From Cupriavidus sp. (GTDB taxonomy: Bacteria; Pseudomonadota; Gammaproteobacteria; Burkholderiales; Burkholderiaceae), in assembly GCA_031181345.1 (NCBI GenBank), contig JAPSLC010000009.1, positions 59,532 to 123,531 of the forward strand: DNA of 64,000 nucleotides, in the 5' to 3' direction. Positions 1 through 10,171 of the stretch are shown here, piece after piece. The translations under genes and the position numbers were made by a program. Numbering within the stretch: the stretch's first letter is position 1; each line of letters opens with the position of its first letter. The notes under the pieces were generated by a model. The model had not been told where the DNA came from, did no database searches, and saw nothing but the letters and a program-made list of their open reading frames with translations.

Positions 1-65
1 TGCAGGACGCCTTGCGTGGCACGATGCCAAAGGCGCAGCCAGGCCGGAGGCCGAGGGGAAGTCAT
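1..65 (-). CDS. possible 5' end of a CDS running off the window (MTSPRPPAWLRLWHRATQGVL...)
   Basis: ATG at 65 (minus), open to the window edge; minus-strand TATAAT at 181-186 upstream. Too short to assign a product. Confidence 0.3.
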   Translation of the reverse strand, partial: MTSPRPPAWLRLWHRATQGVL

Positions 66-267
66 GGAGCGGACGCGGTGAGGATTCCGGCCGATCGCGC
101 GACGGCGCGACGGTGATCACCGCCCCGCACCGCGCCGGCATCGCCGGACACCCCGCCGCGAGCGCGGCGGGTAAGGCGCCATTATAGGGCCTGGCGGGAA
201 TCGGGTAAGTAGCCGCTTAAATCTCGGAGCGCGGCCAACGCAGCGTTGGAAAGCAGCGTTGGACTGG

Positions 268-1167
268 CTATGCCACGCCGGCAACCGGCAGCGCGCCGCG
301 CAGTGTCTCGGCATCTTTCGCCGGCGGCATGCCGAACATGCGGCGGTATTCCCGCGTGAACTGCGGCACGCTTTCGTAGCCGACGGCAAAGGCCGCGCTG
401 CTGGCGGTCGCGCCTTCGGCCAGCATCAGGCGGCGCGCCTCGAGCAGCCGCAACTGCTTCTGGAATTGCAGGGGCGACAGCGACGTGACGGTGCGGAAGT
501 GTTGGTAGAACGAGGACGGGCTCATGCCGGCCACCGCGGCGAGCCGCTCCATCGGCAAGGGCTTCATGAACTCCTCGCGCAGCACCGCCACGGCGCGCGC
601 CACGCGCCGCGCATTGCCTTCGGGCCATCCCAGTTCGCGGATCGCGGCGCCATGCCGACCGGCCAGCAGCCAGTAATGCAGCTCCCGGACGCGCTGCGCG
701 TGCAGCACCGGGACCGCTTCCGGCCGTTCGAGCAGACGCATCAGCCGCAGCGCCGCGTCGGCGACCTCGACATCGGTCGGCTCGCACCGCACTGCCACGC
801 CGTCGGGTGCCGGGAGGGACTGCATCTGCATGGCCAGATCGGCGATCACGGCCGGCTCGAGGTCCAGCACCAGCGACAGGTAGGGCACCTCGGCGCTGGC
901 GCGGACGACCTGGCTGACCGTCGGCACGTCGGCGGTAATCAGCATCGAGTCGCCCGCCTCGAAGGTGAAGGTCTGGGCGCCCATCGTGACCCGCTTGCTG
1001 CCTTGGAGTACCAGGCAGACCAGCGGCCGGGCGATGGCATGGACCAGTCCGCTGGGCGAGGTCGCCCGGATGGTGGTCAGGCCCGCCACGGGCGTTTGGG
1101 CAAGCCCGTCGGGATCGGCGCAGGCATCCGTGTAGCGGCGGACGGCATGGAGCAGGTCGGTGTTCAT
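268..1167 (-). CDS. AraC family transcriptional regulator (AraC_N + HTH_18)
   Basis: ORF 268-1224, likely start ATG 1167 (MNTDLLHAV). N-terminal CLVLQGSKRV AraC_N region; C-terminal LAAVAGMSPSSFYQHFR...AFAVGYESVPQFTREYRRMFG double HTH. Confidence 0.92.
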   Translation of the reverse strand: MNTDLLHAVRRYTDACADPDGLAQTPVAGLTTIRATSPSGLVHAIARPLVCLVLQGSKRVTMGAQTFTFEAGDSMLITADVPTVSQVVRASAEVPYLSLVLDLEPAVIADLAMQMQSLPAPDGVAVRCEPTDVEVADAALRLMRLLERPEAVPVLHAQRVRELHYWLLAGRHGAAIRELGWPEGNARRVARAVAVLREEFMKPLPMERLAAVAGMSPSSFYQHFRTVTSLSPLQFQKQLRLLEARRLMLAEGATASSAAFAVGYESVPQFTREYRRMFGMPPAKDAETLRGALPVAGVA

Positions 1168-1309
1168 GGACGCAGCATAGCGTTCCGGGGGTGCCCTGGC
1201 GAACCGGTTCGGAGGTTCAGGCAAGAAACCGGGAGGAATTGACTAAGACTATGACGACTTCAACTCCAATAATTCGGATCACCACCAACCGAACCAAGGA
1301 GTGTTCACC

Positions 1310-2065
1310 ATGAGCAAGATCGCCATCGTCACGGGTGCCAGCCGCGGATTGGGCCGGGCCACCGCCCTCAGCATTGCCCGCAGCGGCGGGGACGTCATCG
1401 TGACTTACCAGCGCCGTGCCGACGAGGCGAATGCCGTCGTCGCCGAGATCGAGGCCCTGGGCCGCAAGGCCCGCGCGCTCCAGCTCGACACCGGCGCCAT
1501 CGGCGGCTTTTCGGGGTTTGTGGAGACCCTGCGCGTCGCCCTGCGCCAGACCTGGCAGCGCGACACGTTCGACCATCTGGTCAACAACGCCGGCCACGGC
1601 GACTATGCGCTGATCGGCGACACCACGGAAGCGCAATTCGACGCCCTGGTCAACGTGCATTTCAAGGGCGTCTATTTCCTGACGCAGGCGCTGTTGCCGC
1701 TGATGGCCGACGGTGGGCGCATCGTCAACCTGTCCAGCGGGCTGACCCGCGTTTCGTTCCCCGGCTACGCGGCGTACGCCGCGGTCAAGGGCGCGGTGGA
1801 AGTGCTGACGCGGTATCTGGCGAAGGAACTTGGCGCGCGCGGCATCGCGGTCAATACCGTGGCGCCCGGCGCGATCGAAACCGACTTCGGCGGCGGCGCC
1901 GTCCGCGACAATCCGGAGATCAACAAACTGTTCGCGGAGATGACCGCATTGGGCCGCGCCGGCGTCCCGGACGATATCGGCCCGATGATCGCCAGCCTGC
2001 TGTCGGAGAGCCATCGCTGGGTCAACGCCCAGCGGATCGAGGTGTCGGGCGGACAGGGGATTTGA
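1310..2065 (+). CDS. SDR family NAD(P)-dependent oxidoreductase
   Basis: TGASRGLG, NNAG, YAAVK motifs; AAGGAG SD at 1296-1301 before ATG 1310; divergent from the AraC gene. Confidence 0.93.
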   Translation: MSKIAIVTGASRGLGRATALSIARSGGDVIVTYQRRADEANAVVAEIEALGRKARALQLDTGAIGGFSGFVETLRVALRQTWQRDTFDHLVNNAGHGDYALIGDTTEAQFDALVNVHFKGVYFLTQALLPLMADGGRIVNLSSGLTRVSFPGYAAYAAVKGAVEVLTRYLAKELGARGIAVNTVAPGAIETDFGGGAVRDNPEINKLFAEMTALGRAGVPDDIGPMIASLLSESHRWVNAQRIEVSGGQGI

Positions 2066-2178
2066 GGCGGGTGGGCTTTGGGCTCGATGCCGGGCCTGAC
2101 TTACGGGCCTTCGAAAGATGCAGCGCTCCTCCGTTTAACGGGCCGCGGAATAGCCGGCGCGGCCCGAAGTCCGGTCGA

Positions 2179-3198
2179 TCAATCGATCGACGCCCCCACC
2201 GTCTTGACGACGTTCGCCCACTTCTGGCGGTCCGCCTTGACCGTGGCGCGGAACTGGTCGACGGTCTCGATGCGCGGCGTGTTGCCCGCGTCGACCAGCT
2301 TCTGGCGCACGGCCGGTTCTTGCAGCGCGACGCGCACCGCGTCGTTGACCTTGCGGGCGATCTGCGGGTCCAGGCCCTTGGGACCGAAGAAGCCGAACCA
2401 GATCGTGCTGTTGTAGTTGGGCACGCCGCTCTCGGCGATGGTCGGCACATCGGGGATCACCGGCACGCGCTTGGCGGTGGTCACGCCGAGCAGGCGCACC
2501 TTGCCGGCGCGGTATTGCGGCAGCACGCTCTGCACCTGGTTGAAGATGCAGCAGACCTCGCCCTTGAGCACGGCCTGCAGCGCGTCCGGGCCGCCCTTGT
2601 ACGGCACGTGGACCATGTCGAGGCCGGCGCGCGCATTGAATTCGGCGAAGGCCAGATGGGTGCCGGTGCCATTGCCGGTGGACGCGTAGTTGTACTTGCC
2701 CGGGTTCGCCTTGACCTTCTCGATGAATTCCTTGACCGACTTGACGTCGATCACCGCCGGATTGACCGTCAGCACGTTCGAGACCTCGACCAGCGGCGCG
2801 ATCGGCGTGAAGTCGGCCTCGGCGTCGAACGGCAGGTTCTTGTACAGCGCCGGGTTGATGCCATGGGTCGCCGCGGTGCCCAGCAGCAGCGTATAGCCGT
2901 CCGGTTTGGCGTGGGCGACCACTTCGGAGGCGACGTTGCCGCCGGCGCCCGGCCGGTAGTCGTACAGGATCGTGGTCTTCAGCGACTTCTGCAGCGAATC
3001 CTGCAGCGTGCGGCCGACCATGTCGACGCCCGAGCCGGCAGTAAAGCCCATCAGGACCGTGATCGGCTTGTTGTCGGGCCAGTTGGCCGGGCCCTGGGCG
3101 TGCGCGGACGAAGCCGCGGACAGGCAGGCGAGGCTGCCCAGGCTGGCCAGGGTAGCGGCAAGGCGGGTCACGAGGCGGCGAGTCGGAGTGCGGGTCAT
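2179..3198 (-). CDS. Bug/TctC family tripartite tricarboxylate transporter substrate-binding protein
   Basis: Signal peptide then WPDNKPITVLMGFTAGSGVD, RPGAGGNVASEVVAHAKPDGYTLL, HVPYKGG motifs; start ATG 3198. Confidence 0.92.
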   Translation of the reverse strand: MTRTPTRRLVTRLAATLASLGSLACLSAASSAHAQGPANWPDNKPITVLMGFTAGSGVDMVGRTLQDSLQKSLKTTILYDYRPGAGGNVASEVVAHAKPDGYTLLLGTAATHGINPALYKNLPFDAEADFTPIAPLVEVSNVLTVNPAVIDVKSVKEFIEKVKANPGKYNYASTGNGTGTHLAFAEFNARAGLDMVHVPYKGGPDALQAVLKGEVCCIFNQVQSVLPQYRAGKVRLLGVTTAKRVPVIPDVPTIAESGVPNYNSTIWFGFFGPKGLDPQIARKVNDAVRVALQEPAVRQKLVDAGNTPRIETVDQFRATVKADRQKWANVVKTVGASID

Positions 3199-3458
3199 GG
3201 CGGCGAAGATCGAAATACCAGCAATGGAAGGCGGGAATGCGAAAACAGCGAAAGAGCGAAATGGCTCGGCCGGCGCCCCCGCTGCCTGGCATGCACCGCG
3301 GGGTCCGGATTCCAAAGCAAGTACGATACCAACGAATCGCCACTTTCCAAACGATTGAGTTCGCTTGAGCGTATGCCGTGCCGATATAAGCGCGGCTCGA
3401 CCGCAGCCGGTACGCGCCGATCCCCGCTCCGGCGGCGCTTTGACGCCACCTGGCCGCG

Positions 3459-3487
3459 TTGGCACGGGGGGTGCCGGGGCTTACAAT
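3459..3487 (+). promoter_or_regulatory. sigma70-type promoter for ilvE
   Basis: TTGGCA (3459-3464), 17 nt spacer, TACAAT (3482-3487), 41 nt upstream of the ATG. Confidence 0.6.
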
Positions 3488-3528
3488 GTCGCCTTTGCAC
3501 CTTTTTGACGTTTTTGCGGGAGACGAGC

Positions 3529-4449
3529 ATGTCGATGGCCGATCGTGACGGAAAGATCTGGATGGATGGCAAGTTGATCGATTGGCGCGACGCCAAGATC
3601 CACGTGCTGACCCATACCCTGCACTACGGCATGGGCGTATTCGAGGGCGTGCGCGCCTACAAGACGCCGGCCGGCACCGCGATCTTCCGGCTCAAGGAGC
3701 ACACCCGCCGCCTGTTCAACTCCGCCAAGATCTTCCAGATGGAAATCCCGTTCGACCAGGCGACCCTGGAGGCGGCGCAGCGCGAGGTGGTCAAGGCCAA
3801 CCAGCTCGAATCCTGCTATATCCGCCCGCTGGTGTGGATCGGCTCGGAAAAGCTCGGCGTCTCCGCGCGCGGCAACACCATTCACGTGGCGATCGCCGCC
3901 TGGCCCTGGGGCGCCTATCTGGGCGAGGAAGGCATGGAGCGCGGCATCCGCGTCAAGACCTCGTCCTTCACCCGCCATCACGTCAACGTGTCGCTGGTGC
4001 GCGCCAAGGCCAGCGGCTACTACATCAACTCGATCCTGGCCAACCAGGAGGCGACGAGCCTGGGCTACGACGAGGCACTGCTGCTCGATACCGAGGGCTA
4101 TGTCAGCGAAGGCTCGGGCGAAAACGTCTTCGTCGTGCGCAACGGCGTGATCTACACCCCGGACCTGGCCTCTTGCCTGGACGGCATCACCCGCGACGCC
4201 ACGCTGACGATCGCGCGCGACCTGGGCATCGAAGTGCGCGAGAAGCGCATCACCCGCGACGAGGTCTACTGCGCCGACGAGGCCTTCTTCACCGGCACCG
4301 CGGCCGAAGTCACGCCGATCCGCGAGCTCGATGACCGCGTCATCGGCGAAGGCCGCCGCGGCCCGATCACCAAGCAGATCCAGGACGCCTTCTTCGCCGC
4401 CGTGGGCGGCACCAACGAGAAATACCAGCACTGGCTGACGCTGGTCTGA
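3529..4449 (+). CDS. ilvE: branched-chain amino acid aminotransferase
   Basis: MSMADRDGKIWMDG, LHYGMGVFEGVRAY, KASGYY, EGSGEN, LDGITR, FFTGTAAEV class IV aminotransferase motifs. Confidence 0.97.
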   Translation: MSMADRDGKIWMDGKLIDWRDAKIHVLTHTLHYGMGVFEGVRAYKTPAGTAIFRLKEHTRRLFNSAKIFQMEIPFDQATLEAAQREVVKANQLESCYIRPLVWIGSEKLGVSARGNTIHVAIAAWPWGAYLGEEGMERGIRVKTSSFTRHHVNVSLVRAKASGYYINSILANQEATSLGYDEALLLDTEGYVSEGSGENVFVVRNGVIYTPDLASCLDGITRDATLTIARDLGIEVREKRITRDEVYCADEAFFTGTAAEVTPIRELDDRVIGEGRRGPITKQIQDAFFAAVGGTNEKYQHWLTLV

Positions 4450-4539
4450 TGCCGGCGGCCCGGCCGCCATCGGCGCCGGGCCGGCCGTCGCACCACCAGC
4501 CAGAACTCCCCTTCTGACAAGACTGATCCCCGCAACACA

Positions 4540-4734
4540 ATGACGCAAACCGCAAACGTCGTCGAAATCGGCGCCGAAGACCTTCCGCTGCACTGCCCCA
4601 CGCCCAATACGCCGACCTGGAACTACCATCCGCGCGTCTTCCTCGACGTGGCGGACACCGGCATGGCCAAGTGCCCGTATTGCGGCACCGTCTACCAGCT
4701 CAAGCCGGGCACCGTGCTCAAGGGCCACCACTGA
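4540..4734 (+). CDS. zinc-finger (zf-CHCC type) domain protein
   Basis: 64 aa, C-x10-HPRVFL...CPYCG pattern. Confidence 0.85.
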   Translation: MTQTANVVEIGAEDLPLHCPTPNTPTWNYHPRVFLDVADTGMAKCPYCGTVYQLKPGTVLKGHH

Positions 4735-4927
4735 TCGCCCGCCCGTCCGTTCCCGCGTGCGGCCATGCAAGCGTGGCCGCACCCGCGCCGCAACCTGCGC
4801 CGGCTCGGACTGCGTTACCGGCAGGACCGGCTTCGCATTTCGGCGCCGAACGCCCCCTTTCGCTCTGGCCGCTCTCGCCGCCATGCCGCTCCGCCAACCT
4901 GCGGGGCGGCATGGCGGCGCCTAGCTT

Positions 4928-5950
4928 ATGAACAAAGCCCTCGTCATCGCGCCCAACTGGATCGGCGACGCCCTGATGGCGCAGCCGCTGTTCGCGCTGC
5001 TCAAGCAGCGCCATCCGCGCCTGACCATCGATGCGCTCGCGCCGAAATGGGTCGCGCCCGTACTGGCGCGCATGCCCGAGATCGGGCGCGTGTTTCCCAG
5101 CGACCTGGCGCACGGCAAGCTGCAGCTGTCGGCGCGGCTGATGTTCGCCCAGCAGTTGAAGAACGAAGGCTACGACGTTGCCTACGTGCTGCCGAACTCG
5201 CTGAAGTCCGCGCTGATCCCGTGGCTGGCCGGCATTCCGCTGCGGGTCGGCTACCGCGGCGAGGCCCGCTTCGGGCTGCTCAACATCCGCCACGCCAATC
5301 CGCCGAAGGACAAGCGTCCGCCGATGGTCGAGCACTACGCGCGGCTGGCGCTCAAGCCCGGCGCGCGGCTGCCCGAGGCGCTGCCCGAGCCGCGGCTGCG
5401 CGTCGCACCGGCGCGCGTGGTCAAGACCGCCGAGCGCTTCGACATCGCCCCGCAGACCCGGCTGATCGCGTTCTGCCCCGGCGCCGAATACGGTCCGGCC
5501 AAGCGCTGGCCCGCCGCGCATTTTGCCGAGCTGGCGCAGATGCTGCGCCGCTCGTACCCGTACGCGCAGATCGTCACCCTGGGCTCGGCGAAGGATGGCG
5601 AGATCGCGGCCGAGATCTGCGCCGGCGCGCCCTTCGTGCGCAATCTGTGCGGCCAGACCTCGCTGGACGATGCGGTCGACCTGCTGGCGCTGGCCGAGGC
5701 GGCGGTCTGCAACGACTCCGGCCTGATGCACGTGACCGCCGCGCTGAACCGCCCGCAGGTCGCGGTGTTCGGCTCCAGCGATCCGCGCCATACGCCCCCG
5801 CTGTCACAGGCAGCGAGTATCATGTGGCTCCAGCTCGAGTGCAGCCCCTGTTTCCAGCGCGAATGTCCGCTCGGCCATCTGCGCTGCCTGAGGGAGATCG
5901 AGCCGGAAATGGTCTTCGTGGAGCTGCGCAAGCTGCTGCACCGGCCGTGA
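4928..5950 (+). CDS. waaF: lipopolysaccharide heptosyltransferase II
   Basis: APNWIGDALMAQP, CPGAEYGPAKRWP, NDSGLMH, HTPPL GT9 motifs. Confidence 0.95.
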   Translation: MNKALVIAPNWIGDALMAQPLFALLKQRHPRLTIDALAPKWVAPVLARMPEIGRVFPSDLAHGKLQLSARLMFAQQLKNEGYDVAYVLPNSLKSALIPWLAGIPLRVGYRGEARFGLLNIRHANPPKDKRPPMVEHYARLALKPGARLPEALPEPRLRVAPARVVKTAERFDIAPQTRLIAFCPGAEYGPAKRWPAAHFAELAQMLRRSYPYAQIVTLGSAKDGEIAAEICAGAPFVRNLCGQTSLDDAVDLLALAEAAVCNDSGLMHVTAALNRPQVAVFGSSDPRHTPPLSQAASIMWLQLECSPCFQRECPLGHLRCLREIEPEMVFVELRKLLHRP

Positions 5951-5951
5951 T

Positions 5952-5975
5952 TGAGTAGCTGAGTAGCCAAGTAGC
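5952..5975. repeat. 8-bp tandem repeat (TGAGTAGC x2, CAAGTAGC)
   Basis: Read directly just after the waaF stop codon. Confidence 0.6.
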
Positions 5976-6132
5976 TGAACAGCGCGCGCCGACCCGGCGC
6001 CGCCAGGCGCGCCCGGCGCGCCGTTGATTGACCCGCGATGGCCGTCCCCGCAGAGACCGACCGACACCGGCACCAGGGACGGCTTCGATTCATGGCCCGG
6101 CCTGCCGGCGGGGCCCACCGACCGATCCCGCC

Positions 6133-6573
6133 ATGCCTCGCTTCGCCCGCCTGTTCGACTCCGCCGAAGACATCCTGGAAGCCTTTCGCGAGGCATTGAA
6201 GCTGCGCGATGCCGAAGGCGCGCTGAAGCTGTGGCTGGACGAGGATTCGATCACCTGCGTGATGCCCGACGGCCAGCGGCTGATCGGCCATGATCATCTG
6301 CGCCAGGCCTTCCTGCAGCTGCTGGACCGCCAGCCGGTGCTGATCGACGTGCTGGAAAGCAGCAGCCATTCGACGCTGGGCGTCTCGATCTTCGACGTCA
6401 CCGAGGCGCTGCGCTTTGCCACCGACCGCGTCGAGGCCGACCTGTACGTGCACACCACCTACGTGCTGATGCAGAACCACGAGGGCTGGCGCCTGGCGCA
6501 TATCCATTGCAGCCCGGCCAACGCCGCACAGGTCGCGATCTCGACCGCGACGTCCAAGCAGGCGCTGCACTGA
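6133..6573 (+). CDS. NTF2-like / SnoaL-like (YybH-type) protein
   Basis: Start MPRFARLF at 6133; T-x-V-L-x4-GWRLAHIHCS C-terminal strand typical of the NTF2-like fold. Confidence 0.75.
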   Translation: MPRFARLFDSAEDILEAFREALKLRDAEGALKLWLDEDSITCVMPDGQRLIGHDHLRQAFLQLLDRQPVLIDVLESSSHSTLGVSIFDVTEALRFATDRVEADLYVHTTYVLMQNHEGWRLAHIHCSPANAAQVAISTATSKQALH

Positions 6574-6613
6574 ACCGACGAGGGAAGCGCCCGGCATCGG
6601 ACCGCCCGCCGAC

Positions 6614-7684
6614 ATGTCCCGCCCCGCCGACCTGACCCGACATCCGTCCTCGCCGCTGGCCGACCCGCACGGTTTCGACGCCCACGCGCGCATGCCATGG
6701 TGGCTGCGCGAGGGCCATAGCCAGACCATCATCCCGGCCAGGCTGACGCGCCGGCCGCGCGTGAGCTTTCGCCGCGAACGCTGGGACACGCCCGACGGCG
6801 ACTTCATCGATCTGGACTGGACCACGCACCCGGTCGCGCCCGGCGCCCCGCTGCTGGTGCTGTTCCACGGCCTGGAGGGCAACTCGACCAGCCACTACGC
6901 GCAGTCGATGATGGCCGCGCTGCGCGAGCGCGGCTGGCAGGGCGTGATCCCGCATTTCCGCGGCTGCTCGGGCGAGCTGAACCTGGCGCCGCGCTTCTAC
7001 CATTCCGGCGACTACGTCGAGATCGACTGGGTGCTGCGGCGCCTGCACGAACGGCATGCGGCCGATGGCCGGCGGCTGTTCGTGCTGGGCATCTCGCTCG
7101 GCGGCAATGCGCTGCTGCGCTTTCTGGGCGAGTCGCAGTCGAGCGCCGGCTTCCTGGCGGGCGCCGCCTCGGTGTCCGCGCCGCTCGACCTGGCGGGCGG
7201 CGGCGCTGCGCTCTCGCGCGGCTTCAACCGCGTCTATACGCAGATGTTCCTGCAGACGCTCAAGCGCAAGTCGCTGGACAAGCTGGCCCAGTATCCGGGC
7301 CTGTTCGACCGCGCCGCGCTGCTGGCCAGCCGCGACCTCTATGCCTTCGACAACGTGGTCACCGCGCCGCTGCACGGCTTTCGCGATACCGACGACTACT
7401 GGGCGCGCGCCGCCAGCAAGCCGGTGCTGCGCCATATCGCGGTGCCGACGCTGGTGCTGAACGCGCGCAACGACCCCTTCCTGCCCGCGCGTTATCTGCC
7501 GGGCCCGCGCGACGTCAGCGGGCAGGTGCTGCTGGACCAGCCCGAGCATGGCGGGCATGTCGGCTTTCTCGCGCCGCCGCGCGATTGGCGGCGCCATCTG
7601 CCGCTGTCGTCGCTGCTGCCGGGCGGCGGCCATACCGACTGGCTGCCGGCGCGCGTGCTGCGATTCTTCGATAGCCTGGCCTGA
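6614..7684 (+). CDS. YheT-family alpha/beta hydrolase
   Basis: ERWDTPDGDFIDLDW, FHGLEG, FRGCSG, G-x-S-x-G (GISLGG), DDP, GGHVGF motifs. Confidence 0.9.
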   Translation: MSRPADLTRHPSSPLADPHGFDAHARMPWWLREGHSQTIIPARLTRRPRVSFRRERWDTPDGDFIDLDWTTHPVAPGAPLLVLFHGLEGNSTSHYAQSMMAALRERGWQGVIPHFRGCSGELNLAPRFYHSGDYVEIDWVLRRLHERHAADGRRLFVLGISLGGNALLRFLGESQSSAGFLAGAASVSAPLDLAGGGAALSRGFNRVYTQMFLQTLKRKSLDKLAQYPGLFDRAALLASRDLYAFDNVVTAPLHGFRDTDDYWARAASKPVLRHIAVPTLVLNARNDPFLPARYLPGPRDVSGQVLLDQPEHGGHVGFLAPPRDWRRHLPLSSLLPGGGHTDWLPARVLRFFDSLA

Positions 7685-7788
7685 CAGGCTCTACGCTGGA
7701 TACGGTGTAATGCGGGCGGTCTGAGCGGCGTTCCGAGCGGCGTTCTGCGGCGATGCCGCGCAGGCAAGGAGTTCAACAGGAGACGAGC

Positions 7789-8391
7789 ATGGACGATATC
7801 GTCAAGCAGGCGATGGCCCGCTGGCCCAATGTCCCCTACTGCTATGGCTGGCTCGCGCTGGACCGGCGCGGGCAATGGCGCATCCGCAACGAATACGCGC
7901 AGCAGCATGGCCTGTCCGGCGATCCGCTGCGGCATCCCGCGCTGGTTGCCTTTATCGAGCGCAACTATCTGCGCGACGAGCATGGCGCCTGGTTCTTCCA
8001 GAACGGGCCGCAGCGTGTCTTCGTCGAGCTCGCCTATGCGCCCTGGGTGGTGCGCCTGCATCAGGGGCAGTTCCACACCACCTCGCAACGGGCCTTCACG
8101 CCGCGGACCTGTCATGCCGACGAGCACGGCAATGTGGTGCTGGCCGGCGAGATCGACGGCGAGGATGGGGTTCAAGCCGCGCTGCTGCACGACCACGATC
8201 TCGACGCGTTCAGCGGCAGTTGCGACTGGCACGCCGAGGCCTGCGGCACGGACCTTGGCGTCTTTCACTTCGGCGGCCGCGACCTGCCGATCGAGCCGAT
8301 CGCCGAGGCCGAGGTGCCGCGGCGCTTCGGCTTCGTGCGGCAGCCGCAGCCGGCGCCGCAGCAAACTCAGGAGCCACCGCCGTCCAGCTGA
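7789..8391 (+). CDS. DUF2946-like conserved protein
   Basis: MDDIVKQAMARWPNVPYCYGWLALDRRGQW, FFQNGPQRVFVEL; AGGAG SD upstream. Confidence 0.78.
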   Translation: MDDIVKQAMARWPNVPYCYGWLALDRRGQWRIRNEYAQQHGLSGDPLRHPALVAFIERNYLRDEHGAWFFQNGPQRVFVELAYAPWVVRLHQGQFHTTSQRAFTPRTCHADEHGNVVLAGEIDGEDGVQAALLHDHDLDAFSGSCDWHAEACGTDLGVFHFGGRDLPIEPIAEAEVPRRFGFVRQPQPAPQQTQEPPPSS

Positions 8392-8420
8392 CGGGCGGGC
8401 CCCCTCTGGCGCGCCGACGC

Positions 8421-10124
8421 TCAGTTCGGAATGCCCTTGTTGTCCTGGCGTTCTTCCCGGTACTGGCGCTCGAGCTGGTGCAGCCGCGCATCGACCTCGG
8501 ACAGCGTATAGAAGTCGCCGTCACCGGCCTTGCGCGCGATCTGCAACTGCTCGATCGCTGCCTGATAGGCGCCGTCGCGCGCGTATTTCTCGGCCAGCGC
8601 CTGATGCTGCTGCACGCGCTTGCCCTGCGCCGCGTAGGCGCGCGCCAGCAGCTCCCACCATTCGGCACGCGCGCTTTCCTCGCGGGTGCGCGAACGCAGG
8701 AAGGTCACCAGTTCGTCGGCGCGGCCCGCACCCAGCAGCGTTTCCGCATACGACAGCGCGACCGCATGCGACAGCGGAAAGGTCTTCATCGACGCCAGCG
8801 CCTGGCGGACCGCATCCGGCACGCGGCCCTGGGCGCGCGCCAGCTCGATCGCCATCACGTCCAGCATCGGGCTGCCTGACGATGCGCCCGGGATATTGCC
8901 GTACAGCCGGCGCGCCTCGGCGAGCGCCTGCTCTGCCTGCACCAGCCGACCCAGTCGCTGCTCGGCGAAGGCAATGCCGTAGTAGAGCGCCGGCTGCCGC
9001 ATCGGCGACGCGTTCGGCAGTTGCGCCTGCAGCGCGGCGCGCGCGTTCTGGATGTCGGTGGGATTGGCTTCCTGCAGGATGCGCGCGCGCACCCGTGCGA
9101 ATTCGTACTCGGGCGTGCTGCCGACCTTGCGCACCGGAAGATGGCTGGCGCGGTCCTGCATGTCGGCGATCCGCTCGGAGGTCAGCGGGTGGGTGCGCAC
9201 ATAGGACGGCACCGAGCTCTCCGAGATGCCGGTGACGCGCTGCAACCGGCGGAAGAAGTCCGGCATGCCCTGCGGATCGAAGCCCGCCGCCGACAGGATC
9301 TGGAAGCCGACCCGGTCGGCCTCGCGCTCGGCGCCGCGCGAGAACGACAGCTGGTTGGCCAGCGCCGCGCCCTGTCCGCCCATCGCCAGCGCCGCGGCGG
9401 CGTCGGGACTGCGGGTCGCCGCCAGCCCGGCCAGCACCATCGAGGCCAGGGCGATCCACATCGATTGATCCTGGCTGGTGATGCCGCGCGCGATATGCCG
9501 CTGCGTGACGTGGCCGATCTCGTGGCCGAGCACCGACGCCAGTTCCGACTCGGTTTCCGACTGCACCAGCAGGCCGGTATGCACGCCGATATAGCCGCCG
9601 GGCAGCGCAAACGCGTTGATGGTCCGATCGCGCACGGCGAACAGCTCGAAGCCCGTGGCGAAGGTGCCGCCGCCGGTGGTGCCCGCCAGGTTCTGGCGGC
9701 GCGCGGCCTGGATCAGCTTGTAGCCGAGTGCGTTCAGATAATCGGCCAGCAGCGCATCGGTGACGTACTGCGGATCGCGGCGGATATCGCGCATGATGCG
9801 GTCGCCCAGCCGCTTCTCCATGTCGGGCGACAGCGCCGCGGTCGACGGATCGCCCATGTCCGGCAGCTGGATGCCGTTGCTCTCGACCACCGGATTGCCC
9901 CCGCGCAGGCCAAAGTCCGACTTCTGCCCGGCCTTTACGCTGCGGTTCAGGTTGTCGTAGACCTGATCGCTGGCGTCGCCGGGCAGGCCGAGCAGCGGCG
10001 CCGCTATTGTCGACACCGCGGTCGGCACTGCCTTGCCCGCGGGTGCCGATGCGGCCTGGGGCCAGGCCGGCGTGGCCAGCGCCAGCATCAGCAGCGCGGC
10101 CAGCGGGCGACGCAGCGCGGCCAT
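8421..10124 (-). CDS. bepA: M48 family metalloprotease with TPRs (BepA/YfgC-like)
   Basis: INAFALPGG, HEIGH zinc motif, EREADRVG, THPLTSERI, C-terminal TPR-like region; signal peptide from ATG 10124 (start could lie further upstream at 10298). Confidence 0.88.
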   Translation of the reverse strand: MAALRRPLAALLMLALATPAWPQAASAPAGKAVPTAVSTIAAPLLGLPGDASDQVYDNLNRSVKAGQKSDFGLRGGNPVVESNGIQLPDMGDPSTAALSPDMEKRLGDRIMRDIRRDPQYVTDALLADYLNALGYKLIQAARRQNLAGTTGGGTFATGFELFAVRDRTINAFALPGGYIGVHTGLLVQSETESELASVLGHEIGHVTQRHIARGITSQDQSMWIALASMVLAGLAATRSPDAAAALAMGGQGAALANQLSFSRGAEREADRVGFQILSAAGFDPQGMPDFFRRLQRVTGISESSVPSYVRTHPLTSERIADMQDRASHLPVRKVGSTPEYEFARVRARILQEANPTDIQNARAALQAQLPNASPMRQPALYYGIAFAEQRLGRLVQAEQALAEARRLYGNIPGASSGSPMLDVMAIELARAQGRVPDAVRQALASMKTFPLSHAVALSYAETLLGAGRADELVTFLRSRTREESARAEWWELLARAYAAQGKRVQQHQALAEKYARDGAYQAAIEQLQIARKAGDGDFYTLSEVDARLHQLERQYREERQDNKGIPN

Positions 10125-10171
10125 GCGGGACGCGGCATGGCGCGATGCGGGCGTCAGGCGCGAGCGTCCGG

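Noticed and set aside
2062-3528. N-terminal 490-aa extension of IlvE given by the ORF track (2062-4449)
   Set aside because: It overlaps the Bug gene on the opposite strand; a promoter and SD support the start at 3529.
7723-7752. GAGCGGCGTTC(C/T) x2 upstream of the DUF2946 gene and GCAGTG x3 at about 28623-28640
   Set aside because: Two to three short units only; compatible with background slippage and no functional inference possible.
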